From contig CACNWH010000003.1 in assembly GCA_902624105.1 (NCBI GenBank), forward strand, positions 587 through 64,586: a stretch of DNA of 64,000 nt, in the 5' to 3' direction. This document shows positions 12,714 to 22,616 of the stretch, piece after piece. A model generated the notes under the pieces. That model did not search any database. It was given only the letters and a program-made list of their open reading frames with translations, and was not told the origin of the DNA. The translations under genes and the position numbers were made by a program. Origin of the DNA: an uncultured Prochlorococcus sp. Its GTDB lineage: Bacteria; Cyanobacteriota; Cyanobacteriia; PCC-6307; Cyanobiaceae. Every line of letters starts with the position of its first letter. Positions within the stretch are counted from its first letter, which is position 1.

Positions 12714-12744
12714 ATAGGATTGATATTTTAATGAGAAAAACCTT

Positions 12745-12861
12745 ATGAAGGTTAGAGCCTCAGTAAAAAAAATGTGTGACAAGTGCCGTGTGATTCGTCG
12801 TCATGGCAGGGTTATGGTCATCTGTACCGCTAGCCCTAGACACAAACAACGTCAAGGGTAA
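12745..12861 (+). CDS. rpmJ: 50S ribosomal protein L36
   Basis: Manual translation [38 protein letters not shown]; below ORF-track size cutoff. Confidence 0.99.
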   Translation: MKVRASVKKMCDKCRVIRRHGRVMVICTASPRHKQRQG

Positions 12862-12931
12862 AACTTTGGCTTTATTTAATTTATGTAAATTAAATAAAAA
12901 TTCAATTAACACATTTATTTATTGAAAACAA

Positions 12932-13297
12932 GTGGCTAGGATTGCAGGCATTGACATACCTCGCGAAAAGCGAGTTGAGATAGCTCTCACATACATTTAT
13001 GGTATTGGTCTTACTAGGTCTAAACAAATACTCGTAAATACTGGAGTTAACCCTGATACTCGTGTTAAAGATCTTGCAGATTCAGATGTGCAAAAATTAC
13101 GAGGAGCTACCGAGGCTTATACAGTTGAGGGTGATCTACGTAGACAAGAAGGTATGGCTTTAAAACGCTTACAAGATATAGGTTGTGTTAGAGGAAGAAG
13201 ACATAGAATGAGTCTTCCTGTAAGAGGACAAAGAACAAGAACTAATGCAAGAACTAGACGGGGAGCTAGAAAAACTGTTGCTGGAAGGAAGAAATAA
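12932..13297 (+). CDS. rpsM: 30S ribosomal protein S13
   Basis: [13 protein letters not shown]. Confidence 0.99.
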   Translation: MARIAGIDIPREKRVEIALTYIYGIGLTRSKQILVNTGVNPDTRVKDLADSDVQKLRGATEAYTVEGDLRRQEGMALKRLQDIGCVRGRRHRMSLPVRGQRTRTNARTRRGARKTVAGRKK

Positions 13298-13333
13298 TGA
13301 ACGATAACTTACAAACTTTAATTTTCTAGATAA

Positions 13334-13726
13334 ATGGCAGCTCAAGTAAAAAAAACTGGTTCAAAAAAATCCAAAAGAAATGTACCAAATGGGGTAGTTC
13401 ATATCCAAAGTACTTTCAATAATACGATCGTATCTATTACTGATACTTCAGGACATGTAATTTCTTGGTCATCAGCAGGTGCCAGCGGATTTAAAGGAGC
13501 AAGAAAAGGTACCCCTTTTGCAGCTCAGACTGCAGCAGAATCAGCGGCTAGAAGAGCCTTGGATCAAGGGATGAGGCAGATTGAGGTTCTTGTACGTGGA
13601 CCAGGTTCAGGTAGGGAAACCGCCATAAGAGCTTTACAAGTGGCTGGTTTAGAAATAACTCTAATAAGAGATGTTACTCCATTACCTCATAATGGATGTA
13701 GAAGGCCTAAACGCAGACGCGTTTAG
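13334..13726 (+). CDS. rpsK: 30S ribosomal protein S11
   Basis: [11 protein letters not shown]. Confidence 0.99.
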   Translation: MAAQVKKTGSKKSKRNVPNGVVHIQSTFNNTIVSITDTSGHVISWSSAGASGFKGARKGTPFAAQTAAESAARRALDQGMRQIEVLVRGPGSGRETAIRALQVAGLEITLIRDVTPLPHNGCRRPKRRRV

Positions 13727-13770
13727 AGACTTATCTCATTTAACACTATCCCTTTATCCTTTTATTTTCC

Positions 13771-14709
13771 GTGTTGCAATACCAGATTGATCGAATTGAC
13801 CATCAAATTTCAGATGATCGTTCCCAAACAGGAACATTTTTAATTGGACCCTTAGAAAGAGGTCAAGCTACTACACTAGGAAATTCCCTCAGGAGAGTCC
13901 TTATGGGCGGCCTTGAGGGAAGTGCTGTCACAGCAGTTCGAATAGCAGGAGTAAACCATGAATACGCTACTGTTCCAGGGGTTAGAGAAGATGTTTTAGA
14001 TATTCTTTTAAATTGTAAGCAATTATCAATTAACAGCATAAGTAATGAAGTTGAAATTGGCAGATTAGTAGCTACAGGTCCAATGGAAGTGAAGGCTAAT
14101 GATATACAATTCTCTTCACAAGTTGAAGTTGTTGATGGAGAAAAACCAATTGCTACAATTCAAGATGGACATAATCTTGAATTAGAAATTCACGTTGAAA
14201 GAGGGACAGGTTATCGACCTGTCGATAGAAGAAATGAAGAGACCACATCTATCGATCTTCTACAAATTGATGCAGTATTTATGCCTGTAAAAAGAGTCAA
14301 TTTTACAATTGATGAGACTGCCGTCGCCGAAGGTGGAACAGGAAGGGAAAGATTAAGAATGGAAGTAGTTACTGATGGATCTACAAGTCCTGATGATGCA
14401 ATAGCAGAAGCTGCTAATCAATTAATAGAACTTTTTCAGCCTCTAGCAACTGTTACAATGGTTGAGGAGATTCCTGAAGAGCCAGAACCATCTCCTGAAG
14501 CTCAAATTCCTTTAGAGGAACTAAACTTATCAGTTAGAGCTTACAATTGCCTGAAAAGAGCTCAAGTTAATTCAGTTTCAGATTTGATGGGTTTCAGTTA
14601 CGAGGATCTTCTCGAAATTAAAAACTTTGGTTCAAAGTCTGCTGATGAAGTCATAGAAGCTCTTGAACGCATTGGAATTTCAATTCCGCAAAGCAGAACA
14701 TCTGTTTAA
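13771..14709 (+). CDS. rpoA: RNA polymerase alpha subunit
   Basis: [20 protein letters not shown]. Confidence 0.99.
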   Translation: MLQYQIDRIDHQISDDRSQTGTFLIGPLERGQATTLGNSLRRVLMGGLEGSAVTAVRIAGVNHEYATVPGVREDVLDILLNCKQLSINSISNEVEIGRLVATGPMEVKANDIQFSSQVEVVDGEKPIATIQDGHNLELEIHVERGTGYRPVDRRNEETTSIDLLQIDAVFMPVKRVNFTIDETAVAEGGTGRERLRMEVVTDGSTSPDDAIAEAANQLIELFQPLATVTMVEEIPEEPEPSPEAQIPLEELNLSVRAYNCLKRAQVNSVSDLMGFSYEDLLEIKNFGSKSADEVIEALERIGISIPQSRTSV

Positions 14710-14723
14710 CTATTTTTTAGATT

Positions 14724-15074
14724 ATGAGACATCAATTAAGAGTTCCACTATTAAGTAAACCTGCTGATCAGAGAAAAGCACTGCTTAGAGGATTAACAAC
14801 CCAACTAATTAGGGAAGGTAGAGTTACGACAACAAAGGCAAGAGCAAAGGCTTTAAGAAATGAAGCTGAGAGAATGATAACTTTAGCGAAAGATGGTTCA
14901 TTAGCCTCAAGAAGAAGAGCCCTTGGATATATATACGATAAAAAATTAGTCCACTCATTATTTGAGAAAGCTCAAGAAAGATATGGAGATAGAGAAGGAG
15001 GATATACAAGAATTGTTAGAACTGTTCCTAGGAAAGGAGATAATGCTCAAATGGCGATAATTGAGCTTGTATAG
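14724..15074 (+). CDS. rplQ: 50S ribosomal protein L17
   Basis: GGYTRI, RKGDNA. Confidence 0.99.
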   Translation: MRHQLRVPLLSKPADQRKALLRGLTTQLIREGRVTTTKARAKALRNEAERMITLAKDGSLASRRRALGYIYDKKLVHSLFEKAQERYGDREGGYTRIVRTVPRKGDNAQMAIIELV

Positions 15075-15091
15075 ATATTAAATAAAATCTT

Positions 15092-15898
15092 TTGAAAAGA
15101 GTTGCATTATCCATTCAATATGATGGAACAAACTTTTCTGGATGGCAAAGACAAAAGAAGGTACATACAGTACAAGAAACTCTTGAAAAAGTATTAAAAT
15201 CTCTTTCTTCCCAAAATATTAAAACATTTGCTTCTGGTAGAACTGACGCTGGAGTTCATGCATCAGGTCAAGTTGTGCATTTCGATACTGATTTTGTAAT
15301 TCCAGAGGATAAATGGTCAGGAGCTTTAAATGGAAGATTGCCAAAGAACATCAGAATTATTGAATCTGTGGGCGTATCGAGTTCATGGCATGCATGCTAT
15401 TCAGCAATTTATAGACATTACAGATATGTAATAAATAATAGTAAATTGCCAAATATTTTTTTAGATAATTGGTCTTGGCATCGTTATCAAAAAGAACTTA
15501 ATACAATAGCTATGAAAAATGCAATAGCTACTTTAAAAGGTAAACATGATTTTTTTGCTTTCCAAAAGAGTGGCAGTAATAGGTCAACGTCAATTACTAC
15601 AATTAAAGATGCTCAAATATCTCAAAGAGGCCAATTAATTTTGATTGATATAAAAGCCACTGGATTTTTGTATGGGATGGTGCGTTCAATAGTTGGTCAA
15701 TTGGTCTTAGTGGGTGAAAATAAAATATCACCTGATACGTTTTATCAAAGGTGGTTAAATAAAAAAAAAGAGGAAGTGCATGAATCTGCTCCAGCAAAAG
15801 GATTGTGTTTTGTAAACGCGGTATATAAAAAGAGTGTTTTTAAAAAATTAGATCATCATGATCTATTTCCAAAGTTTTTAATAAGTGGTTATTCTTAA
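15092..15898 (+). CDS. truA: tRNA pseudouridine synthase A
   Basis: GRTDAGVHA, FLYGMVR. Confidence 0.98.
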   Translation: MKRVALSIQYDGTNFSGWQRQKKVHTVQETLEKVLKSLSSQNIKTFASGRTDAGVHASGQVVHFDTDFVIPEDKWSGALNGRLPKNIRIIESVGVSSSWHACYSAIYRHYRYVINNSKLPNIFLDNWSWHRYQKELNTIAMKNAIATLKGKHDFFAFQKSGSNRSTSITTIKDAQISQRGQLILIDIKATGFLYGMVRSIVGQLVLVGENKISPDTFYQRWLNKKKEEVHESAPAKGLCFVNAVYKKSVFKKLDHHDLFPKFLISGYS

Positions 15899-15951
15899 AG
15901 TTCATATTTTAAACTCTATATATTCTATTAAATTAATTGTTTTAAATTCCT

Positions 15952-15965
15952 TGATGATGTAATAT
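15952..15965 (+). promoter_or_regulatory. Putative rplM-rpsI promoter (TGATGATG + TAATAT)
   Basis: Third copy of the shared motif, 35 bp before rplM ATG. Confidence 0.55.
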
Positions 15966-15999
15966 TATATATTGATTCAGATTTGAATAGTCCTGATTA

Positions 16000-16431
16000 A
16001 TGAATAAAACCTCTACTCCCTCCATAACTTCTATAAAAAGAAATTGGTTTTTGGTTGATGCTGAAGGCCAAACTTTAGGAAGATTGGCTTCAGAGATAGC
16101 AAATGTTTTGAGAGGAAAAAATAAACCATCATTTACTCCACATTTAGATACAGGTGATTTTGTGATTGTTGTTAATGCTGAGAAAATTGTGGTTTCTGGG
16201 AAAAAAGCTTCGCAAAAATTATACAGAAGACATTCTGGTCGACCAGGAGGAATGAAAATTGAAAAATTTGAGAGTTTGAGGGATAGAATTCCAGAAAGGA
16301 TACTTGAACAAGCAGTTAAGGGAATGCTTCCTCATAATTCGTTAGGAAGACAACAATTTAAAAAATTAAAGGTATATAAGGGCTCCGAACATCCTCATGA
16401 TGCACAAAATCCTGTATTATTAAAAGGTTAG
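16000..16431 (+). CDS. rplM: 50S ribosomal protein L13
   Basis: [15 protein letters not shown]. Confidence 0.99.
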   Translation: MNKTSTPSITSIKRNWFLVDAEGQTLGRLASEIANVLRGKNKPSFTPHLDTGDFVIVVNAEKIVVSGKKASQKLYRRHSGRPGGMKIEKFESLRDRIPERILEQAVKGMLPHNSLGRQQFKKLKVYKGSEHPHDAQNPVLLKG

Positions 16432-16440
16432 ATTATTTTC

Positions 16441-16851
16441 ATGAATAGCCAAGTAAAAAACAAAGCCGTATATTGGGGAACTGGTAGAAGAAAAACTTCT
16501 GTTGCAAGAGTTAGGTTGATCCCTGGTAATGGCCAAATCAAGATAAATGGTCGTTCAGGCGATGATTATTTAAATTTCAACCCATTACATATTAATGCTG
16601 TTAAGGCACCTCTCCAGACTTTAGGACTTGAAAGTTCTTATGATATTTTTGTTAATGTTTACGGAGGAGGTTTGACAGGTCAGGCTGGAGCAATAAAACA
16701 AGGAGCTGCTAGAGCACTTTGTGAATTATCAATTGATAACAGAAAACCTTTAAAAACTGAGGGTCATCTTAGTAGAGACCCTAGAGCAAAAGAAAGAAGA
16801 AAATATGGCCTCAAGAAGGCAAGAAAAGCCCCCCAATACTCAAAACGTTAA
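16441..16851 (+). CDS. rpsI: 30S ribosomal protein S9
   Basis: [17 protein letters not shown]. Confidence 0.99.
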   Translation: MNSQVKNKAVYWGTGRRKTSVARVRLIPGNGQIKINGRSGDDYLNFNPLHINAVKAPLQTLGLESSYDIFVNVYGGGLTGQAGAIKQGAARALCELSIDNRKPLKTEGHLSRDPRAKERRKYGLKKARKAPQYSKR

Positions 16852-16857
16852 ATTATT

Positions 16858-17100
16858 ATGCCAAAATCTGAAATTCATCCAAAATGGTACCCAGAAGCCA
16901 AAGTTATTTGTAATGGCGAGGTTGTTATGACAACAGGTTCCACTCAACCAGAATTACATGTGGATGTATGGAGTGGTAATCATCCATTTTTTACTGGAAC
17001 GCAAAAAATTCTTGATACTGAAGGTAGAGTAGATAGATTCATGAAAAAATATGGTATGGGATCTACTGATGAATCAGATAAAGATAATACCTCTAAATAA
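16858..17100 (+). CDS. rpmE: 50S ribosomal protein L31
   Basis: HPFFTG, GRVDRF. Confidence 0.98.
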   Translation: MPKSEIHPKWYPEAKVICNGEVVMTTGSTQPELHVDVWSGNHPFFTGTQKILDTEGRVDRFMKKYGMGSTDESDKDNTSK

Positions 17101-17138
17101 ATAGAAGCTTAAAATCTTATCTTAGTAATTAGCTTAAA

Positions 17139-18233
17139 TTGGAATACTCAATATTATTATCACGGTTAAAGACTGCCTCAGAGACTTTTGATAACTTAGA
17201 AATACAACTTGCTGACCCTGACATTTCAAATAATCCTAAGAAGTTGGAATCTATTGCAAGAGAAAGATCTAAGTTAGAGCCTTTAGTAAATGACTTTAAT
17301 GAATTATTAAAAATAGATAGTGAATTAGAAGATTCAAAAAATCTTCTTAAAGACAGTAAGGGTGATAAAGAGATGGAAACATTAATAAATGATGAATTAA
17401 TAAGCTTGCAGCAAATTAAAAATTCACTAATTCAGAAATTAAAAATTGCTCTTTTGCCAAAGGATCCTAGAGATGATAGAAGTGTAATGCTAGAAATTAG
17501 AGCAGGCGCTGGAGGTAATGAAGCTTGTATATGGGCTGGTGACTTAGCAAGAATGTATGAAAGATACGGACAAAAAATTGGTTGGTCTGTTAAACCTATT
17601 AGTGCTTCTGAATCGGATATGGGAGGCTTTAAAGAATTAGTCATATCTGTGAAGGGTGATTCAGTTTATAGTCAACTAAAATTTGAAGCTGGTGTTCACA
17701 GAGTTCAAAGAGTTCCCGCGACTGAATCTCAGGGTAGAGTTCATACTTCAACAGCTACCGTTGCAGTCATGCCTGAAGTTGATCCTGTTGAGGTTAAAAT
17801 TGATCCTACGGAAATAGAAGTTGGAACTGCCAGATCTGGTGGAGCTGGAGGCCAAAATGTTAATAAAGTAGAAACAGCTATTGATCTTTTGCATAAACCA
17901 ACTGGTATAAGGGTATTTTGTACACAAGAAAGATCACAACTACAAAATCGCGAAAGAGCGATGGAAATTTTACGAGCTAAATTATATGAAATTCAATTAG
18001 AGGAAGCTAATAAAAAAGAAAGATCAGAAAGATTAATGCAAGTAGGTACTGGGGATAGAAGCGAAAAAATTAGAACTTATAATTATAAAGATAATAGAAC
18101 AACTGATCATAGATTAGGATGTAATTTTTCATTAGAACCTATACTTGCTGGTCAATTAGATGAAATATTGAATGCTTGTATTGCACAAGAGCAAAAAAGG
18201 CAAATGGAGCAGTTTAATATGACCGAAGACTAA
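17139..18233 (+). CDS. prfA: Peptide chain release factor 1
   Basis: GGQ and PAT motifs. Confidence 0.99.
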   Translation: MEYSILLSRLKTASETFDNLEIQLADPDISNNPKKLESIARERSKLEPLVNDFNELLKIDSELEDSKNLLKDSKGDKEMETLINDELISLQQIKNSLIQKLKIALLPKDPRDDRSVMLEIRAGAGGNEACIWAGDLARMYERYGQKIGWSVKPISASESDMGGFKELVISVKGDSVYSQLKFEAGVHRVQRVPATESQGRVHTSTATVAVMPEVDPVEVKIDPTEIEVGTARSGGAGGQNVNKVETAIDLLHKPTGIRVFCTQERSQLQNRERAMEILRAKLYEIQLEEANKKERSERLMQVGTGDRSEKIRTYNYKDNRTTDHRLGCNFSLEPILAGQLDEILNACIAQEQKRQMEQFNMTED

Positions 18234-18248
18234 TATAAAATATTTATG

Positions 18249-18755
18249 TTATGCTGCGATTCCAATTACATATTTACTCCATTCTTTATATTTCCCTGAG
18301 TCAATTTGCTTTGTGGCTTCAAAATTAAGATTACTTAAAGGTTTATAAGGTTGTCTTCTTAAGGGCATATTTGCTTCTTCAGGGGTCTTATTGCCTTTCT
18401 GAACATTGCATCGTAAGCATGCGGTAGTGACATTCTCCCAACAATCTCCTCCTCCTCTACTCCTGGGTAAGACATGGTCAATAGATAAATCACGACCTTT
18501 ATAGCTGCAATATTGGCACGTGTTGTTGTCTCTCAGAAGTATATTCTTCCTTGAAAGGGCAACCTCTCTATATGGAACTTTAACGTAATAGCGAAGTCTA
18601 ATTACTGTGGGTAAATTTTTCCCATTGTGAATAGTGTAGGTATTATCTTCTTCCAAACTTTCAGCTTTACCTTTTAACATCAAAATAATAGCTCTTCGCC
18701 ATGATGTTATGTTTAAAGGTTCATAAGAAGCATTTAAAACGAGAGTCTGGCTCAT
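18249..18755 (-). CDS. HNH endonuclease (McrA-like, conserved cyanobacterial type)
   Basis: LVLNASYEPL, CQYC, IDHVLPRSRGG, CLRCN; likely start is ATG 18755, not 18830. Confidence 0.92.
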   Translation of the reverse strand: MSQTLVLNASYEPLNITSWRRAIILMLKGKAESLEEDNTYTIHNGKNLPTVIRLRYYVKVPYREVALSRKNILLRDNNTCQYCSYKGRDLSIDHVLPRSRGGGDCWENVTTACLRCNVQKGNKTPEEANMPLRRQPYKPLSNLNFEATKQIDSGKYKEWSKYVIGIAA

Positions 18756-18824
18756 GCCAATTTCCCAATTACATGTCATGCTAACTGTATATTTATATAA
18801 ACGCTGATAAAAAGCGAATTTAAA

Positions 18825-20018
18825 ATGCAAAGTGGATTAAAAAATTCTAAATATGTGCCTCAAATTGTTTCTCGTCAGTTATTTGCTTTAGATCCAACTC
18901 AGAGAGCCTGGATTGAGGTTAGTGGAAAATCCATAGAATATAATGTTCGTGCAATAAAATCATTATTAACAAATGGCTGCCAATTTATGGCAGTTGTTAA
19001 AGCTGATGGATATGGTCATGAAGCAAAATTTGTATCTCAGCATGCAATTAAAGGAGGTGCTGATAAGCTTGGAGTTGCAACTCTACAGGAAGGCTTATAT
19101 TTACGATCAGAAGGTATAAAAGAACCAATTCTTGTTTTAGGAAATATATATAGAAGAGAGGATTTATTAATTTGCTTTCAAAATAATTTAATGCCTACTA
19201 TTAGTGATATTAAACAATGCATTGTTTGTAATGAAATTGGCGAAAAATATAAACAATTATTTTATATTCATTTGAAGATTGATACAGGGATGTCTAGGCT
19301 TGGATTTGAAGTAAAGAATTTTGTTCAATATTTCGAGAATATTATTGCATTAGAAAATATCAAAATAGATGGTATTTACAGTCATCTCTCAACTGCTGAT
19401 GCATTAGATGCTTCACATGAAAATAGTTATGCAAATATACAGCGAAGAACTTTTCTTGAAGTGCTTGCTAATATCTCAATCAAGAAATATCCAGATATTA
19501 AAATTCATTTAGCAAACTCAGCAGGAACATTGATAGGTAAAGAATTTCATTTCGATATGGTAAGGATTGGACTATGCATGTATGGATATAAACCGTCGCA
19601 ATCACAAAAAAAATTAAAACTTAAACCAGCATTGACTCTCAAATCTAAGGTTAGCTTTATAAGAATAGTAGATAATAAAGTTGGAATAAGTTATGGGAAA
19701 AAATTTATTACAAATAAAAAAACTAAGTTAGCGGTTATAAGTATTGGTTATGCAGATGGTATTTATAGGACACTATCTAATAAAATTTCATTGATACATA
19801 ACAGTAAAATGTATCCTCAAATTGGGGCGATCACTATGGATCAATTAATGATTGATATTACTGATGCAAATGATATAAATGTTGGAGATACCGTGATACT
19901 ACTAGGCTTTGATAAAGGTAAATGTATCTCACCTATTGATTGGGCGGATGCGGCTTCTACCATCCCTTGGGAAATTCTTTGCGCTTTTAAAAATAGATTA
20001 CCTAGAGTTCAAATCTAA
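18825..20018 (+). CDS. alr: Alanine racemase
   Basis: AVVKADGYGH PLP lysine, IGYADG. Confidence 0.98.
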   Translation: MQSGLKNSKYVPQIVSRQLFALDPTQRAWIEVSGKSIEYNVRAIKSLLTNGCQFMAVVKADGYGHEAKFVSQHAIKGGADKLGVATLQEGLYLRSEGIKEPILVLGNIYRREDLLICFQNNLMPTISDIKQCIVCNEIGEKYKQLFYIHLKIDTGMSRLGFEVKNFVQYFENIIALENIKIDGIYSHLSTADALDASHENSYANIQRRTFLEVLANISIKKYPDIKIHLANSAGTLIGKEFHFDMVRIGLCMYGYKPSQSQKKLKLKPALTLKSKVSFIRIVDNKVGISYGKKFITNKKTKLAVISIGYADGIYRTLSNKISLIHNSKMYPQIGAITMDQLMIDITDANDINVGDTVILLGFDKGKCISPIDWADAASTIPWEILCAFKNRLPRVQI

Positions 20019-20082
20019 TAGACATTTCGATTAACTAAAAAGTTTTGTAGGTTTGGCCAAAAGTTGATAACCTATATTTATT

Positions 20083-20171
20083 GGAGAGGTGGCTGAGTGG
20101 TTGAAAGCGGCTCCCTGCTAAGGAGTTACAGGAGGTAACTTTTGTCGAGGGTTCGAATCCCTCTCTCTCCG
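20083..20171 (+). tRNA. tRNA-Ser(GCT)
   Basis: GGAGAGGTGGCTGAGTGG...GCTCCCTGCTAAGGAGT, long variable arm, GGTTCGAATCC. Confidence 0.98.
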
Positions 20172-20286
20172 TATCTATTACGTTTCAATAAGGTTCATAA
20201 AGTCTCAAAAGCATTACTTCAACTACGATCTTCAGAATAGAAAGTGTCAGCAATGTTCATGACATATCAGGAAGTTTCCGTATGTC

Positions 20287-20364
20287 AGGGGATATTTTAG
20301 GGGATATTTCTTGATTTACTAGGGGATGTTTTAGAGGATATTTCTAGGTTTATCAAGAGATATT
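20287..20364 (+). repeat. AGGGGATATT arm-like direct repeats (left end, cassette 1)
   Basis: Copies at 20287, 20299, 20321, 20333, 20355; 12-bp pairs with a 34-bp period. Confidence 0.85.
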
Positions 20365-20421
20365 TATTTCTGTTAGAGAAAAGATGTGTATGTTTTTTCT
20401 ATATTTGCTTAAATATTATTA

Positions 20422-20889
20422 GTGATTAGTTCTAATATGAATCTTTGGAATATAAATAAACTGAAAGATGATCTTTCTAATCAAAAAGTAAATCAAAGAG
20501 ATTTATTGATTTACTATTTTTTATATGGATTAACTTTTACACTCGCATTAACACCTGTAGATTCATTTTTATATGATTATCCACAAGAAAATTATAAGTG
20601 GATTGACTGGGGGGTTACAGGTTTAATTTATTTGGTAACAATATTTTTATGCTATAAGGCAAATAAAGGGAGCAGGGGAAAAAACTTTGTTGAAAGAATT
20701 CTCTCTGTTGAAATCCTCCTTGTGATTAGATATCTATTCTTCTTTATTATCCCATATTGGATTTTTCATTTTACTTTTTTAGAGGAAACTGCTTATGCAA
20801 ATACTTGGGAATTAATATCAACTATAATTCTGGAACTAATTATTTCAATTAGAACTATTCAATGCATGAATGATATTCAGAAAATTTAA
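20422..20889 (+). CDS. Hypothetical membrane protein (~4 TM), cassette 1 cargo
   Basis: 155-aa ORF with hydrophobic segments; start may be ATG 20437. Confidence 0.8.
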   Translation: MISSNMNLWNINKLKDDLSNQKVNQRDLLIYYFLYGLTFTLALTPVDSFLYDYPQENYKWIDWGVTGLIYLVTIFLCYKANKGSRGKNFVERILSVEILLVIRYLFFFIIPYWIFHFTFLEETAYANTWELISTIILELIISIRTIQCMNDIQKI

Positions 20890-20991
20890 AAAATTTTTGT
20901 TAATCAAGTTCTCTGGGGAATTACTTGAATCATTTTATATATTTTTTTATTAAAAGGGTTCAAATAGAAATAAATAGAAGTTGTGAATATC

Positions 20992-21013
20992 AGGGGATAG
21001 ATTAGGGGATATT
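20992..21013 (+). repeat. AGGGGATA(GA/TT) pair (right end, cassette 1)
   Basis: Copies at 20992 and 21004, same orientation and 12-bp spacing as the left end. Confidence 0.85.
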
Positions 21014-21082
21014 TTGCTTTACTTTCTTATAAAATTAGTCTCAATCCGTGTCATAGAGTGCCTTTAGGTCTCACTCCATTTA

Positions 21083-21095
21083 CCTCTCTCTCCGT
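21083..21095 (+). repeat. att-core-like copy of tRNA-Ser 3' end
   Basis: CCTCTCTCTCCGT identical to 20160-20172. Confidence 0.88.
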
Positions 21096-21209
21096 GTTTT
21101 TGGTAGAGCATGGAAGTTCATAATGTTCCTGAAGCTGCTGATACTAGTGCTTTTCAGAAAAAAGAAAATCAGAGACATTCACAAAGTATCACGGAATTTC
21201 ATGTTTGGG

Positions 21210-21254
21210 GGCAGGAAATTTGGTAGAAAAATAAAGTGCAGAGGGTAGGAAATT
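21210..21254 (+). repeat. GGYAGRAAAWT arm-like repeats (left end, cassette 2)
   Basis: Copies at 21210, 21222, 21244. Confidence 0.7.
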
Positions 21255-21325
21255 TTCCTATGTTAATTATTTAATAGGATGTTTATTTTTCATAAAATTT
21301 TACTAGGATGAAAAATTAAATAACC

Positions 21326-21745
21326 TTATACCTTCTCAAAAAGAAACCAGTTTGAATCCTCTCCTCTATATAAGGGGTCGTGACCCCAGAAAAACCCATA
21401 ATCAACTAACTTTAATTGTGGATAAAAAGATAAGAGATGTTTACCAAAGTCCCGTTTAAAAAGTTTACCTTTATTTCCTCTTTACTCTAGTTCAACAGGA
21501 TAAGGAGAGTGGTATTCGTTTAAAAGGATATATTTTCTAGAAAGATTAAAAAGTTTCTCATAGAAATCTTCAAGCATACTTGGGTCTTGATGTATTAAGA
21601 CTCCACTACTTAATGTTAGATCATACTTTTCATTTATAGAAAAGTCGTAAATTGATCCATTGTATGCAGAATGATTTTTTTCTAGTTTTTTAAATGCTTT
21701 AGTATTTATTTCTACACCAAATGTCTTTAGCCCTGGATAAAAAAA
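21326..21745 (-). pseudogene. Pseudaminic-acid-biosynthesis-associated methylase-like fragment
   Basis: Manual translation FGVEIN...YDLTLSSGVLIHQDP...EYHSPYPVELE*RGNKGKLFKRDFG...YPQLKLVDYGF...NWFLFEKV; internal TAA at 21482-21484, N-terminus missing. Confidence 0.8.
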
Positions 21746-21813
21746 ATAAAATTTATAAATTTTTTGGTTTAACGTTGTCTATGGTTGCTTAAAGTTGCCA
21801 CATATTTTTACGG

Positions 21814-21833
21814 CGATTTCCTCTCTTTCCGTA
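21814..21833 (+). repeat. Degenerate second copy of tRNA-Ser 3' end
   Basis: CGATTTCCTCTCTTTCCGTA vs CGAATCCCTCTCTCTCCGTA (20154-20173), 17/20 identical. Confidence 0.75.
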
Positions 21834-22031
21834 ATTTTTTTTGAGTATGATTTATAATTCTATTCTGTTCTGGTAACACTAGAGATAGTTTTATGAATGT
21901 CATTCTCAGGGAAAAGTTTTTAAAAGTAAGCTTATATTATGTAAAGGATAATTGAATTGTGAAATTATCTCAAATATTTAACTAAAATCAGCTTTTTATT
22001 CAATAATTTCTCCTAAATTAGATTCTGATTT

Positions 22032-22616
22032 TTAAGTTCTGAGTCTCTTTTTTCTTTTGCCTTTAATTATTTTACCTTCTGTTCTGGTCTTACCTAAATA
22101 GCTAACCTGACATACCCACTCATAAAAATGAAAACCAGTATCTAATTTTTTAATATTAAATTTAAACTTCTTAAAATCAAATATTTCACCTTTTTTGAAA
22201 GTGAATTCACCATACACACCTTTCCAAGAATCTTGAAATTCTAAATAATATTCTTCATCATCAGTTTCCCAGTGATTAATTGAGTCTTTTGGGGTTTTCT
22301 CAAAAGAATTTGTCAAAATTAAGTCTTCAGGATTTAAATTACCCTTATATATTTCTAATTTTTTTAAATTCCTAAATTCAAATCTTTCCTCTTGTTTGCT
22401 GTCTAAATTTTTTAAGATCATATACATTGAATTTGAAAAACTTAAATATTTATGTTGAACTTCTTCAATGCCTTCCTCTATCTCAAAATCCTCCTCATCT
22501 AATATTCCCCCGCTACATGAATGACGACCAATATACTCTAATGCTATTTGCCCTACAATCCATCCATTCCCTAATATCATTAATTTTCGAATTGAATTTA
22601 AATCATTAACAAACAT
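22032..22616 (-). CDS. Hypothetical acidic protein in island
   Basis: 194-aa ORF with no recognised family; ends may be eroded. Confidence 0.6.
   Translation of the reverse strand: MFVNDLNSIRKLMILGNGWIVGQIALEYIGRHSCSGGILDEEDFEIEEGIEEVQHKYLSFSNSMYMILKNLDSKQEERFEFRNLKKLEIYKGNLNPEDLILTNSFEKTPKDSINHWETDDEEYYLEFQDSWKGVYGEFTFKKGEIFDFKKFKFNIKKLDTGFHFYEWVCQVSYLGKTRTEGKIIKGKRKKRLRT

Noticed and set aside
12703-12744. No infA between adk and rpmJ; rpsJ located after tuf
   Set aside because: Usual arrangement in marine picocyanobacteria
18249-18755. HNH nuclease as part of the mobile system
   Set aside because: Lies on the 5' side of the tRNA beyond alr, between housekeeping genes; looks like the conserved cyanobacterial HNH
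20286-20370. 34-bp periodic repeat as a CRISPR array
   Set aside because: No unique spacers, degenerate units, no cas genes; arm-type sites fit better
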